A stretch of DNA of 64,000 nt from Balanoglossus misakiensis. Lineage: Eukaryota > Animalia > Hemichordata. The first letter of the stretch is position 1; the number at the start of each line of letters is the position of its first letter. Both the position numbers and the translations under genes were made by a program. The DNA lies in contig CM082576.2 in NCBI GenBank assembly GCA_040954595.2, forward strand, positions 8,621,129-8,685,128, in the 5' to 3' direction. Shown in pieces: positions 13,522 through 27,030 of the stretch. The notes under the pieces are model-generated. The model had not been told where the DNA came from, ran no database searches, and saw nothing but the letters and a program-made list of their open reading frames with translations.

Positions 13522-16500
13522 TGGGTTATAGCTCATGAAAATTTTCAAAAATCGACGACTTTTCGACTTTGCGAATTTTCAAAATTTGGTCATTTTTTGT
13601 AAAAAAAATCATGGGTTATAGCTCATGGAAATCTTAAAAAATCGACGACTTTTCGACTTTGCGAATTTTCAAAATTTGGTCATTTCTTGAAAATTATCAT
13701 GGGTTATAGCTCATGCTAATCTTCAAAAATCGACGATTTTTCGACTTTGCGAATTTTCAAAATTTGGTCATTTTTTGAAAAAATCATGGGTTATAGCTCA
13801 TGAAAATCTTCAAAAATCGACGATTTTTCGACTTTGCGAATTTTCAAAATTTGGTCATTTTTTGAAAAAATCATGGGTTATAGCTCATGAAAATCTTCAA
13901 AAATCGACGATTTTTCGACATTGCGAATATTCAAAATTTGGTCATTTTTTGACAAAATCATGGGTTATAGCTCATGAAAATCTTCAAAAATCGACGATTT
14001 TTCGACTTTGCGAATTTTCAAAATTTGGTCATTTTTTGACAAAAATCATGGGTTATAGCTCATGAAAATCTTCAAAAATCGACGATTTTTCTACTTTGCG
14101 AATTTTCAAAATTTGGTCATTTTTTGACAAAAATCATGGGTTATAGCTCATGAAAATCTTCAAAAATCGACGATTTTTCCACTTTGCGAATTTTCAAAAT
14201 TTGGTCATTTTTTGAAAAAATCATGGGTTATAGCTCATGAAAATCTTCAAAAATCGACGATTTTTCGACTTTGCGAATTTTCAAAATTTGGTCATTTTTT
14301 GACAAAAATCATGGGTTATAGCTCATGAAAATCTTCAAAAATCGACGATTTTTCGACTTTGCGAATTTTCAAAATTTGGTCATTTTTTGAAAAAATCATG
14401 GGTTATAGCTCATGAAAATCTTCAAAAATCGACGATTTTTCGACTTTGCGAATTTTCAAAATTTGGTCTTTTTTTGAAAAAATCATGGGTTATAGCTCAT
14501 GAAAATCTTCAAAAATCGACGATTTTTCGACTTTGCGAATTTTCAAAATTTGGTCATTTTTTGAAAAAATCATGGGTTATAGCTCATGAAAATCTTCAAA
14601 AATCGACGATTTTTCGACTTTGCGAATTTTCAAAATTTGGTCATTTTTTGAAAAAATCATGGGTTATAGCTCATGAAAATCTTCAAAAATCGACGATTTT
14701 TCGACTTTGCGAATTTTCAAAATTTGGTCATTTTTTGAAAAAATCATGGGTTATAGCTCATGAAAATCTTCAAAAATCGACGATTTTTCGACTTTGCGAA
14801 TTTTCAAAATTTGGTCATTTTTTGAAAAAATCATGGGTTATAGCTCATGAAAATCTTCAAAAATCGACGATTTTTCGACTTTGCGAATTTTCAAAATTTG
14901 GTCATTTTTTGAAAAAATCATGGGTTATAGCTCATGAAAATCTTCAAAAATCGACGATTTTTCGACTTTGCGAATTTTCAAAATTTGGTCATTTTTTGAA
15001 AAAATCATGGGTTATAGCTCATGAAAATCTTCAAAAATCGACGATATTTCGACATTGCGAATTTTCAAAATTTGGTCATTTTTTGAAAAAATCATGGGTT
15101 ATAGCTCATGAAAATCTTCAAAAATCGACGATTTTTCGACTTTGCGAATTTTCAAAATTTGGTCTTTTTTTGAAAAAATCATGGGTTATAGCTCATGAAA
15201 ATCTTCAAAAATCGACGATTTTTCGACTTTGCGAATTTTCAAAATTTGGTCATTTTTTGAAAAAATCATGGGTTATAGCTCATGAAAATCTTCAAAAATC
15301 GACGATTTTTCGACTTTGCGAATTTTCAAAATTTGGTCATTTTTTGAAAAAATCATGGGTTATAGCTCATGAAAATCTTCAAAAATCGACGATTTTTCGA
15401 CTTTGCGAATTTTCAAAATTTGGTCATTTTTTGAAAAAATCATGGGTTATAGCACATGAAAATCTTCAAAAATCGACGATTTTTCGACTTTGCGAATTTT
15501 CAAAATTTGGTCATTTTTTGAAAAAATCATGGGTTATAGCTCATGAAAATCTTCAAAAATCGACGATTTTTCGACTTTGCGAATTTTCAAAATTTGGTCA
15601 TTTTTTGAAAAAATCATGGGTTATAGCTCATGAAAATCTTCAAAAATCGACGATTTTTCGACTTTGCGAATTTTCAAAATTTGGTCATTTTTTGAAAAAA
15701 TCATGGGTTATAGCTCATGAAAATCTTCAAAAATCGACGATTTTTCGACATTGCGAATTTTCAAAATTTGGTCATTTTTTGAAAAAATCATGGGTTATAG
15801 CTCATGAAAATCTTCAAAAATCGACGATTTTTCGACTTTGCGAATTTTCAAAATTTGGTCTTTTTTTGAAAAAATCATGGGTTATAGCTCATGAAAATCT
15901 TCAAAAATCGACGATTTTTCGACTTTACGAATTTTCAAAATTTGGTCATTTTTTGAAAAAATCATGGGTTATAGCTCATGAAAATCTTCAAAAATCGACG
16001 ATTTTTCGACTTTGCGAATTTTCAAAATTTGGTCATTTTTTGAAAAAATCATGGGTTATAGCTCATGAAAATCTTCAAAAATCGACGATTTTTCGACTTT
16101 GCGAATTTTCAAAATTTGGTCATTTTTTGAAAAAATCATGGGTTATAGCTCATGAAAATCTTCAAAAATCGACGATTTTTCGACTTTGCGAATTTTCAAA
16201 ATTTGGTCATTTTTTGAAAAAATCATGGGTTATAGCACATGAAAATCTTCAAAAATCGACGATTTTTCGACTTTGCGAATTTTCAAAATTTGGTCATTTT
16301 TTGAAAAAATCAAGGGTTATAGCTCATGAAAATCTTCAAAAATCGACGATTTTTCGACTTTGCGAATTTTCAAAATTTGGTCATTTTTTGACAAAAATCA
16401 TGGGTTATAGCTCATGAAAATCTTCAAAAATCGACGATTTTTCGACTTTGCGAATTTTCAAAATTTGGTCATTTTTGAAAAACTCATGGGTTATATAGCT

Positions 16501-19500
16501 CATGAAAATCTTCAAAAATCGACGATTTTTCGACTTTGCGATTTTTCAAAATTTGGTCATTTTTTGAAAAACTCATGGGTTATGAAAATCATGAAAATCT
16601 TCAAAAATCGACGATTTTTCGACTTTGCGAATTTTCAAAATTTGGTCATTTTTTGACAAAAATCGTGGGTTATAGCTCATGAAAATCTTCAAAAATCGAC
16701 GATTTTTCGACTTTGCGAATTTTCAAAATTTGGTCATTTTTTGAAAAAATCATGGGTTATAGCTCATGAAAATCTTCAAAAATCGACGATTTTTCGACTT
16801 TGCGAATTTTCAAAATTTGGTCATTTTTTGAAAAAATCATGGGTTATAGCTCATGAAAATCTTCAAAAATCGACGATTTTTCGACTTTGCGAATTTTCAA
16901 AATTTGGTCATTTTTTGAAAAAATCATGGGTTATAGCTCATGAAAATCTTCAAAAATCGACGATTTTTCGACTTTGCGAATTTTCAAAATTTGGTCATTT
17001 TTTGAAAAAATCATGGGTTATAGCTCATGAAAATCTTCAAAAATCGACGATTTTTCGACTTTGCGAATTTTCAAAATTTGGTCATTTTTTGAAATAATCA
17101 TGGGTTATAGCTCATGAAAATCTTCAAAAATCGACGATTTTTCGACTTTGCGAATTTTCAAAATTTGGTCATTTTTTGAAAAAATCATGGGTTATAGCTC
17201 ATGAAAATCTTCAAAAATCGACGATTTTTCGACTTTGCGAATTTTCAAAATTTGGTCTTTTTTTGAAAAAATCATGGGTTATAGCTCATGAAAATCTTCA
17301 AAAATCGACGATTTTTCGACTTTGCGAATTTTCAAAATTTGGTCATTTTTTGAAAAAATCATGGGTTATAGCTCATGAAAATCTTCAAAAATCGACGATT
17401 TTTCGACATTGCGAATTTTCAAAATTTGGTCATTTTTTGAAAAAATCATGGGTTATAGCTCATGAAAATCTTCAAAAATCGACGATTTTTCGACTTTGCG
17501 AATTTTCAAAATTTGGTCATTTTTTGAAAAAATCATGGGTTATAGCTCATGAAAATCTTCAAAAATCGACGATTTTTCGACATTGCGAATATTCAAAATT
17601 TGGTCATTTTTTGACAAAATCATGGGTTATAGCTCATGAAAATCTTCAAAAATCGACGATTTTTCGACTTTGCGAATTTTTAAAATTTGGTCATTTTTTG
17701 ACAAAAATCATGGGTTATAGCTCATGAAAATCTTCAAAAATCGACGATTTTTCTACTTTGCGAATTTTCAAAATTTGGTCATTTTTTGACAAAAATCATG
17801 GGTTATAGCTCATGAAAATCTTCAAAAATCGACGATTTTTCCACTTTGCGAATTTTCAAAATTTGGTCATTTTTTGAAAAAATCATGGGTTATAGCTCAT
17901 GAAAATCTTCAAAAATCGACGATTTTTCGACTTTGCGAATTTTCAAAATTTGGTCATTTTTTGACAAAAATCATGGGTTATAGCTCATGAAAATCTTCAA
18001 AAATCGACGATTTTTCGACTTTGCGAATTTTCAAAATTTGGTCATTTTTTGAAAAAATCATGGGTTATAGCTCATGAAAATCTTCAAAAATCGACGATTT
18101 TTCGACTTTGCGAATTTTCAAAATTTGGTCTTTTTTTGAAAAATTCATGGGTTATAGCTCATGAAAATCTTCAAAAATCGACGATTTTTCGACTTTGCGA
18201 ATTTTCAAAATTTGGTCATTTTTTGAAAAAATCATGGGTTATAGCTCATGAAAATCTTCAAAAATCGACGATATTTCGACATTGCGAATTTTCAAAATTT
18301 GGTCATTTTTTGAAAAAATCATGGGTTATAGCTCATGAAAATCTTCAAAAATCGACGATTTTTCGACTTTGCGAATTTTCAAAATTTGGTCTTTTTTTGA
18401 AAAAATCATGGGTTATAGCTCATGAAAATCTTCAAAAATCGACGATTTTTCGACTTTGCGAATTTTCAAAATTTGGTCATTTTTTGAAAAAATCATGGGT
18501 TATAGCTCATGAAAATCTTCAAAAATCGACGATTTTTCGACTTTGCGAATTTTCAAAATTTGGTCATTTTTTGAAAAAATCATGGGTTATAGCTCATGAA
18601 AATCTTCAAAAATCGACGATTTTTCGACTTTGCGAATTATCAAAATTTGGTCATTTTTTGAAAAAATCATGGGTTATAGCTCATGAAAATCTTCAAAAAT
18701 CGACGATATTTCGACATTGCGAATTTTCAAAATTTGGTCATTTTTTGAAAAAATCATGGGTTATAGCTCATGAAAATCTTCAAAAATCGACGATTTTTCG
18801 ACTTTGCGAATTTTCAAAATTTGGTCATTTTTTGAAAAAATCATGGGTTATAGCTCATGAAAATCTTCAAAAATCGACGATTTTTCGACTTTGCGAATTT
18901 TCAAAATTTGGTCATTTTTTGAAAAAATCATGGGTTATAGCTCATGAAAATCTTCAAAAATCGACGATTTTTCGACTTTGCGAATTTTCAAAATTTGGTC
19001 ATTTTTTGAAAAAATCATGGGTTATAGCTCATGAAAATCTTCAAAAATCGACGATTTTTCGACATTGCGAATTTTCAAAATTTGGTCATTTTTTGAAAAA
19101 ATCATGGGTTATAGCTCATGAAAATCTTCAAAAATCGACGATTTTTCGACTTTGCGAATTTTCAAAATTTGGTCTTTTTTTGAAAAAATCATGGGTTATA
19201 GCTCATGAAAATCTTCAAAAATCGACGATTTTTCGACTTTACGAATTTTCAAAATTTGGTCATTTTTTGAAAAAATCATGGGCTATAGCTCATGAAAATC
19301 TTCAAAAATCGACGATTTTTCGACTTTGCGAATTTTCAAAATTTGGTCATTTTTTGAAAAAATCATGGGTTATAGCTCATGAAAATCTTCAAAAATCGAC
19401 GATTTTTCGACTTTGCGAATTTTCAAAATTTGGTCATTTTTTGAAAAAATCATGGGTTATAGCTCATGAAAATCTTCAAAAATCGACGATTTTTCGACTT

Positions 19501-20422
19501 TGCGAATTTTCAAAATTTGGTCATTTTTTGAAAAAATCATGGGTTATAGCACATGAAAATCTTCAAAAATCGACGATTTTTCGACTTTGCGAATTTTCAA
19601 AATTTGGTCATTTTTTGAAAAAATCAAGGGTTATAGCTCATGAAAATCTTCAAAAATCGACGATTTTTCGACTTTGCGAATTTTCAAAATTTGGTCATTT
19701 TTTGACAAAAATCATGGGTTATAGCTCATGAAAATCTTCAAAAATCGACGATTTTTCGACTTTGCGAATTTTCAAAATTTGGTCATTTTTTGAAAAACTC
19801 ATGGGTTATATAGCTCATGAAAATCTTCAAAAATCGACGATTTTTCGACTTTGCGATTTTTCAAAATTTGGTCATTTTTTGAAAAACTCATGGGTTATGA
19901 AAATCATGAAAATCTTCAAAAATCGACGATTTTTCGACTTTGCGAATTTTCAAAATTTGGTCATTTTTTGACAAAAATCATGGGTTATAGCTCATGAAAA
20001 TCTTCAAAAATCGACGATTTTTCGACTTTGCGAATTTTCAAAATTTGGTCATTTTTTGAAAAAATCATGGGTTATAGCTCATGAAAATCTTCAAAAATCG
20101 ACGATTTTTCGACTTTGCGAATTTTCAAAATTTGGTCATTTTTTGAAAAAATCATGGGTTATAGCTCATGAAAATCTTCAAAAATCGACGATTTTTCGAC
20201 TTTGCGAATTTTCAAAATTTGGTCATTTTTTGAAATAATCATGGGTTATAGCTCATGAAAATCTTCAAAAATCGACGATTTTTCGACTTTGCGAATTTTC
20301 AAAATTTGGTCATTTTTTGAAAAAATCATGGGTTATAGCACATGAAAATCTTCAAAAATCGACGATTTTTCGACTTTGCGAATTTTCAAAATTTGGTCAT
20401 TTTTTGAAAAAAATCATGGGTT
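13522..20422. repeat. Tandem satellite array, 87-bp monomer, about 79 copies
   Basis: Consensus catgggttatagctcatgaaaatcttcaaaaatcgacgatttttcgactttgcgaattttcaaaatttggtcattttttgaaaaaat (87 nt) repeated head-to-tail at very high identity. It explains the 29-aa repeat ORFs. Confidence 0.99.
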
Positions 20423-21320
20423 CAGTCTGTACCCACGCAATGGCAACATTCTGTGTGCGGATAGCCTTCACTTGAATAGGCAACTTCAAGAAAGCCTCGC
20501 CATTCACTACACTTATCACTGCGGAGTATCGAACACACACCGTCCGTGTTTAATTAGAACCTGACTGTTATCTCCTACGAGAGAAATAGCCAAAAACATC
20601 CGTCGACGAGACGTACATCTATGAAGAGAAAATAGCTAACTTGTTTGAGGTGAAAATTTTCAACAATATCTTAGAGAGTCGGGGACTGTCTTGTCACCCA
20701 CATAAACGAATATCTCCCTGTATGTCTCGTGATAAGACTGTAAAAGTCTTTGCAAATATTCATGCAACATTTAATAGCACACATGGCCTTCCTCCCTTTC
20801 TCTGCTCCAGCGATGGCTTTTATTAGATTACATTGAACACGAGAAAGTCGATTCAATTTGAAAAGAGTGCGTGGTCGCTCCGAGGAGGCTTGCATCTGAT
20901 ACGCGCGCCGAATGTTAAACTCTTGAGGGGGACTTGGTTTCCTATTTACGCCTGCTAACTTTTTATGCCTTTTCTGTCACAGGAAGCAGATAGCATTATT
21001 CTCTCTTGAAATGTATGGTTACACGACATTGCCGGGGCAACCGCTTGGCCGTTAAACATTCCGCAATTTCGCTTTTATGTATGCACTTATTTAGTGACGG
21101 GAAACATTTGAGTAATTGTACAGTTTAGTCTCAACCCTTGATAGATGATATTCAAAGTATCGTTGTTACTGGGGGCGGTGACTTGGAGAATATTCTCAAT
21201 AATTTAGAAATCAAACACCTAAAAGGGACAGTAACGGTAGTTTTAGATAAGGTGTATTTGTTCTATATACCAACTACAGATTTCAAATCCGATCCCTGAG
21301 GCATGTTCAAACTCGCATTG

Positions 21321-21383
21321 TCCTCCTCCTCCTCCTCCTCCTCCTCCTCCTCCTCCTCCTCCTCCTCCTCCTCCTCCTCCTCC

Positions 21384-21467
<84 letters not shown>
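21321..21467. repeat. Compound trinucleotide microsatellite (TCC)21(TCA)28
   Basis: Read directly; source of the poly-S, poly-D/E and poly-M/R ORFs. Confidence 0.97.
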
Positions 21468-23588
21468 ATAATGCATGGTATACACAAGCGCAAGCTGTGT
21501 TGCTGTGCGAGAAAAATAACCTACAAAAACAGTTACTGCACAGACTAAACACCGGAACAAATACATGTATTGAAAAAAGTGCAGTTACTTTCCCTTAGAC
21601 CGAAGATCAATAACACGTATGTATACATCACTGTAAACATACGCGCGGATTTAAGTAAGGCCCATTGGGCATATTTAACAACTTCAAATTGACGCACATC
21701 AGGTGTGCGCCTCCGCAGATATGCGTAGGCGCTATTTACATCTTACGGATGTTCATCGTTTTGGCCTTTCAGTCTGACGTTGTATAGGCGCGTATTCTTT
21801 TGTGTTAGCCGTGTTTGCGGGACGACTTTGCGGAGGAATTGTAAACTGGTGTGCACCAGTACGCAGGCGTCCGGCCCGCGGACGCGCTTTAACTTGACCG
21901 TAAGCAAACAATATAATGATGAATAACAAGTGTTTGTTTGGAGTCAAGTGTGTGGTAAGCTCTTTATCATACGCCTACCTACAGAAAAGTTAGTTTTGCT
22001 CACAAATCACCGAAAACAATGTTTTCGCGAGCAGGAAGGTGGGCGTAGTCTATGCAACTAACTCCATCGACTAACATGCATCATCATTATAAATATGCCT
22101 TTCCACGTAAGGTGATGACGACTTTTACATGGGCCTCATGATTAAAATGAATGATTTTTAAAGTTTATACGTCAAATTTCAAAATATTTTATTTTTATTT
22201 CGAGCCATGTGTCCTTTAGTCCACATCCAAAGAGACGCGTGTGTTTCTACACGGTACTGACCTGATAGAAAGCGGCCACTTTTTACCTCAGAAACAGTAT
22301 CAATAAAAAAAGCTACCCGATCTTATTCGATTTTACATGTAGATACGATTTGAACAATTTACGTCACAGAGAATCGGTCATGGAGATAATAAAAATCCCG
22401 ATTTTACAAGTTCCAGAAATGTTCACAACAGCGACCGCGATGCTATGTCGTCTTTTATTGTATGTAAATGATATTTGAGGTTGGGAAATTGTTGCACTGC
22501 AATAAATAGGATTTCAGACAATCCGGTGATGAGATTTTTTGATGATTCAAAATTCGTAATGACAAGTCGGAGAGTTGTATCAGCATTTCCGGATCAATTT
22601 ATAATCTTTCCTGTCTGAATAAAAAAGATGATGATTTTATAAATCGTCGTATACAAGAAACATAATAAAAATCCTGATTTTACGTAATAAAAGTTCCAGA
22701 CGTTTTTCACAGCAGAGAATGGACAGGACTCTCAAAACAGAAAGAGCCAGATAGTCTCGCCAGTTTTATAGCAATCCCTTGTTCCACTTGTCCGTGAATT
22801 TGGAATATTAAGTTGATGATTAACACTATTGGGGAATTCAAAGGTGAGATCTCACGCCTGTTTACTCATCGTACTGTGACGCGGAATGCCAGGGGGAGGA
22901 CAAAAGAACCCTGGTATGCACTCCCAGTCAATGGAAAACTTTCTGATAACATGCCATTTCGTGTTTTCTGACGTCATCACATTTTCAGCAGACTGATGCT
23001 AATTTATTTTGTTAGCCTGAGTCACGATTTGTATCGTTCTCAGGTCCTTTATCGGTCCACGACGTCACCACAAAAATGATAACAAAACAAAAGTTCAGAA
23101 ATTGAAGGACTGGGGCCTTGTCTGTATATGCTGCATCGGACATCACATTTCGTTACCAGAGTTGACAAAAACAGTCAACGTTCAACCGTTCAAATGTTTG
23201 CAGATGTTTCAGAGAGGTATGGTATGGTATGGCGCAACTGCAATAATCGTAATATTAAATGGAACGATTTTTTTTCAAATCCTGACATTCATTTCTAGAA
23301 TAACGGGATTGCACAATGCGCACGCGCAGAGTGACGCAAGGATATGTCGCAAGAGCGGCCGGGTAGAAATTTTATCATGTTTATTCAACCATATCTTATG
23401 CTCTCATATGGTACATTAGTGACCACTTGAACTGCATTTACATCCGGAAATTACTAAACTGAATCAAACGTAATCGATACCGCATTTAATTTGCGTTGTG
23501 CACCACGAAAGACCTTTTCATGCTGATCATATCATGTAACCTATGATTTTTATAAACATAGACGAATGAATGGATAGCTGAATGGATT

Positions 23589-23637
23589 GACGGACGGACA
23601 GGCAGACGGACAGACAGACAGACAGACAAACAGACAT
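23589..23637. repeat. (GACG/GACA)n microsatellite
   Basis: gacggacggacaggcagacggacagacagacagacagacaaacagaca. Confidence 0.85.
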
Positions 23638-24599
23638 ACGTAAACTTATATTCGTATCATTCTGTGTAGATTCAAGTTTGCCCAGAATGGTGTGTCCTAT
23701 GCCAGGCTGAAAGTCGTTATCTATGATGTTGATATTTTCAATTATTTATTTGTAGTTGAAGATGGTACTACGAATGTACATGCCCGGTTTGTTTGTCACA
23801 CCATGCTTTAACCGGTAAAGTATCATCTCATTATGTGCTATGTGCGCATATAGAAATGTAAATTCCTGCTACGTTAGCTGAAAATGATGGCAGGGAGATT
23901 TTCTAACATAAATGTAAATGTATATCTAATTTGCCCTGCGATCCCGGTTACAAAAATATACCGAGTTGAATACATTGCCAGTGCTGCAGTCAGCCATTAC
24001 GCGGACAGTCTTGCGATCCTGATTAGTTAAAATTATTTGTAATTTTACTTATCATTGCTGAATTGGATGAAAAACATGCTCCATTTGGCCATAATTTCTC
24101 TAAAATAGGCCTGCTACAGCTTCGCCGAAAAAGGTGGCTCCCGGATCCCCTGCGGGCTTCCCGGTACAAAGAACGATATCAGTACCGAAATAACCTTTGT
24201 ATGTCAGTGCATTAAGGTCTAATGACAGTGTAAAAATTCAGAATGCTAGATATCGTAGTCCACTCGACTTTTTTTCCTACAAAACCAGAAGCTTACTCCT
24301 GTTTTGTTTGGTGTCCTTTATTACTCGCATTCTTGCTGCTTACAAATGTCCAATCGTCGTACATTAGATAAACCGATAATAGCTCTCTCGTCTCACAAAT
24401 GTTTCAGCTCCCCGAGGGTGCCCGTGCTGTGTGGAAACACGCTCGCCACATTGGATATCCAGCGTAGATAAGCCTCTCTAAGTCGCCCAAATTGATGAAA
24501 AGCTTCGGCTTGGGGGCGAGGAACACCTTTTACGCAGCTTCACGCATAATCCCCAGCAGTGAATACATCTTCAGAAATTTAAGTGACTTCCCAGCACCC

Positions 24600-24603
<4 letters not shown>

Positions 24604-24632
<29 letters not shown>
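24604..24632. repeat. (CA)n microsatellite, about 14 units
   Basis: Read directly. Confidence 0.9.
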
Positions 24633-24634
<2 letters not shown>

Positions 24635-27024
24635 CAGCATTTATAGTCAACGATGACCACAATCCGTATGTAACCAGATTTATTCTTTATGGACCCGTGC
24701 CGCCACCCCAGGCATCGCGGACGACGAGATTTTTTGAAATTATCATCCGCGCTAAAACTTCAGGCTCGATCAACGTTATCTCTGTCGGTATGACCGTGTC
24801 TTTCCCAAAATCCATGGACCCCGACACCATTCCCAAAGTGTTGACATTCGCGTATGGCCGTATCACTACAAAATTAACAGCGTATAATAAAAATGTAATC
24901 GATTATTACTTTTCACGATTAACCGTGTTATGTTTTGCGTGATTAAAAGTTTGCGCTCCAAGCCAGAACTAGATTTTTAAAACTGTCACGTGATCCACAC
25001 ACTGGGGGTTCCGCGACAACCCGTCAAGTAGGCACACCAATGTATGTTGGTGGAAAAATCTAATTTAGTTTTCGCTTGTTGTCTCTTTTGAAATTCGATG
25101 TTGTGCTTTTTGTAACCGGAAGCTCTCATATCCCATCCACTGTGTATAGCTTACAAGCTTGATCACAAAGCGGTGTTATTCAAAGGGGTCCATCTTCTTC
25201 GCTCGCACTCAGTGCGGCACCATCGTCATCTGCTGTGTGTGTCTGTGTGCGCAACACGGCGTTCATTGAAAAAACATGAGATTGAAAAGGTCAGACACCG
25301 TATTCTCTTTGTGTAAGTCGCTGTCGGTATACTGAGATTTCGTGTAATCGCACGCCCCGATGTAAGATCCGAGGCATGGTGTTTTAAGTCTATTGAAAAG
25401 GTATTTATGTCGGCCAATTCTCTCAACCCGATAGAGACACATCCATAATGTATAATACCCATACTTCTACACGGGGCCGCGTTAATGCATTAAAATCAAA
25501 TCTCTGGTCGGCGAAACGAAAACAAAATTGCAAGGGCAAATCTCCAGCGGTCTCGGAAATGTCAACCCGCGATAATAAACCAGGATTTGAAATGTTTAAT
25601 TACAAGTTTCGCTGCACTTGTGTATGAGACTGTGAGCATTTTTGAAAGTTATGCGACACCATAACTTGGGGTTAAATCATCATAATAGTAAGGCAACACT
25701 TGCATCCGGGCTTTTGACGACTGGGCGCGCATTCAATATTGCAAATGTGTATCGTAGCATTACACGCGATAATTGCATTTGGTTTATATGGAGCGTATTC
25801 GTGTGTACAGAGTACGTTTATATTTCCTAAAGAAGACTTTTACCCCTCGTGTAAAATTAGTTAAGGTAAAAAAAAGCTCTAAGAGGGAATTTTCCGGTAA
25901 AAACCACAGCTGCCATTAATAATGGCAAGAGTCTTTTGATTAATACAACTCCTTATAAGTTAAATCGGTTAATTGATTTTGGTGTACATTTATCTGCAGA
26001 CATAAATGGAGTTTTACCATGTGTTTCATATGCAATGGTTTTAGTGTTTTTCTCTATTTTGAGCCCCGATGAAAATTACTCGGTCGCTCAGTAAAAGTGT
26101 TAAAATTAATTTTTAAAAATGCGAACAGCTTCGTGTACTGTGAATACCCAGCCAATTGCGTATAATATCTGAATTTCCCATTCAGCCGTGTAATATTCAT
26201 TCGCCAGGGTGCACAATACCAAGCAACACCGACATCCCCTCATCCGCAGATACGCCGCCATCCAAACTTAATTGAAGCTTTCAAAACAGGCAGTCAATCC
26301 GGTATTGCTTGTGTAAGAACTTTATTGCGGAGCACGAGGCATCAGCAACCGAATACAATCGAAGTAATTACCAAATGTGGGATCCGAAAGGGGGACAGGG
26401 AAATTTCCCTTTCAAGGGATGTGAGTCTTATTCCCGTTATTAGTCGGCAATAGTCAGATTCTCTGCACGACAAAATGCCGTGGGATAAAGCTGCAGGAAA
26501 GTCTGGGCCATTGTCAGGGCAGGTTTTGGTAAAATTTGATTTATCCGTAATGCAATTTGTTCCAGTTCACAACGTGTGCCCGCCAAATCATGTTGCAGCT
26601 ATACAACATTTCCACATTCATTCATTTAGAAAGAAAATTTCATTTCTAAGCCTACACATTCTATTTTCACCCGCAGAATTCTCACAGGGAGAGATCTCGA
26701 TAGGAAAGCAACTCTTTGACAGCAAAAATATGAAAATTAAAGCCCCGTACTATTAGCTCTTATAGTATTAGTGCATATACAAGATTGATCCAGTCGAATG
26801 ATAAAATTTTGCTGCTAAGGAATATGGCCGCCACCGTGGAGGAAAAATGTAAAATACAATGAAAATGATAGAATTAAACGTCTTTCTTTTTTGAGTTGCA
26901 GCTCATGGGGCTTTAAACATGTCTCAGCGATGGTTTGAAAATGCCGCGCAACCCTTGACTTCTGACACTTTAAAAAAAAAAATCAATTTCTCGTTTTAAA
27001 TGCTAAATGATCATCAAAATAACC

Positions 27025-27030
27025 TTTATT
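27025..27030 (-). promoter_or_regulatory. Candidate GPB5-A polyadenylation signal
   Basis: TTTATT on + (AATAAA on -) about 1.7 kb downstream of the GPB5-A stop codon. Confidence 0.3.

Noticed and set aside
14387-19731. 676-aa and 560-aa ORFs made of the 29-aa repeat KKSWVIAHENLQKSTIFRLCEFSKFGHFL
   Set aside because: By-product of an 87-bp (3n) satellite with one stop-free frame. TTG starts, frequent frameshifting 1-2 nt indels and no splice context.
13522-20422. CRISPR-like appearance of regular palindromic repeats
   Set aside because: No unique spacers and no cas genes; the context is eukaryotic. It is a plain tandem satellite.
21263-21552. Poly-Ser, poly-Asp/Glu and poly-Met/Arg ORFs
   Set aside because: Translations of the (TCC)n(TCA)n microsatellite.
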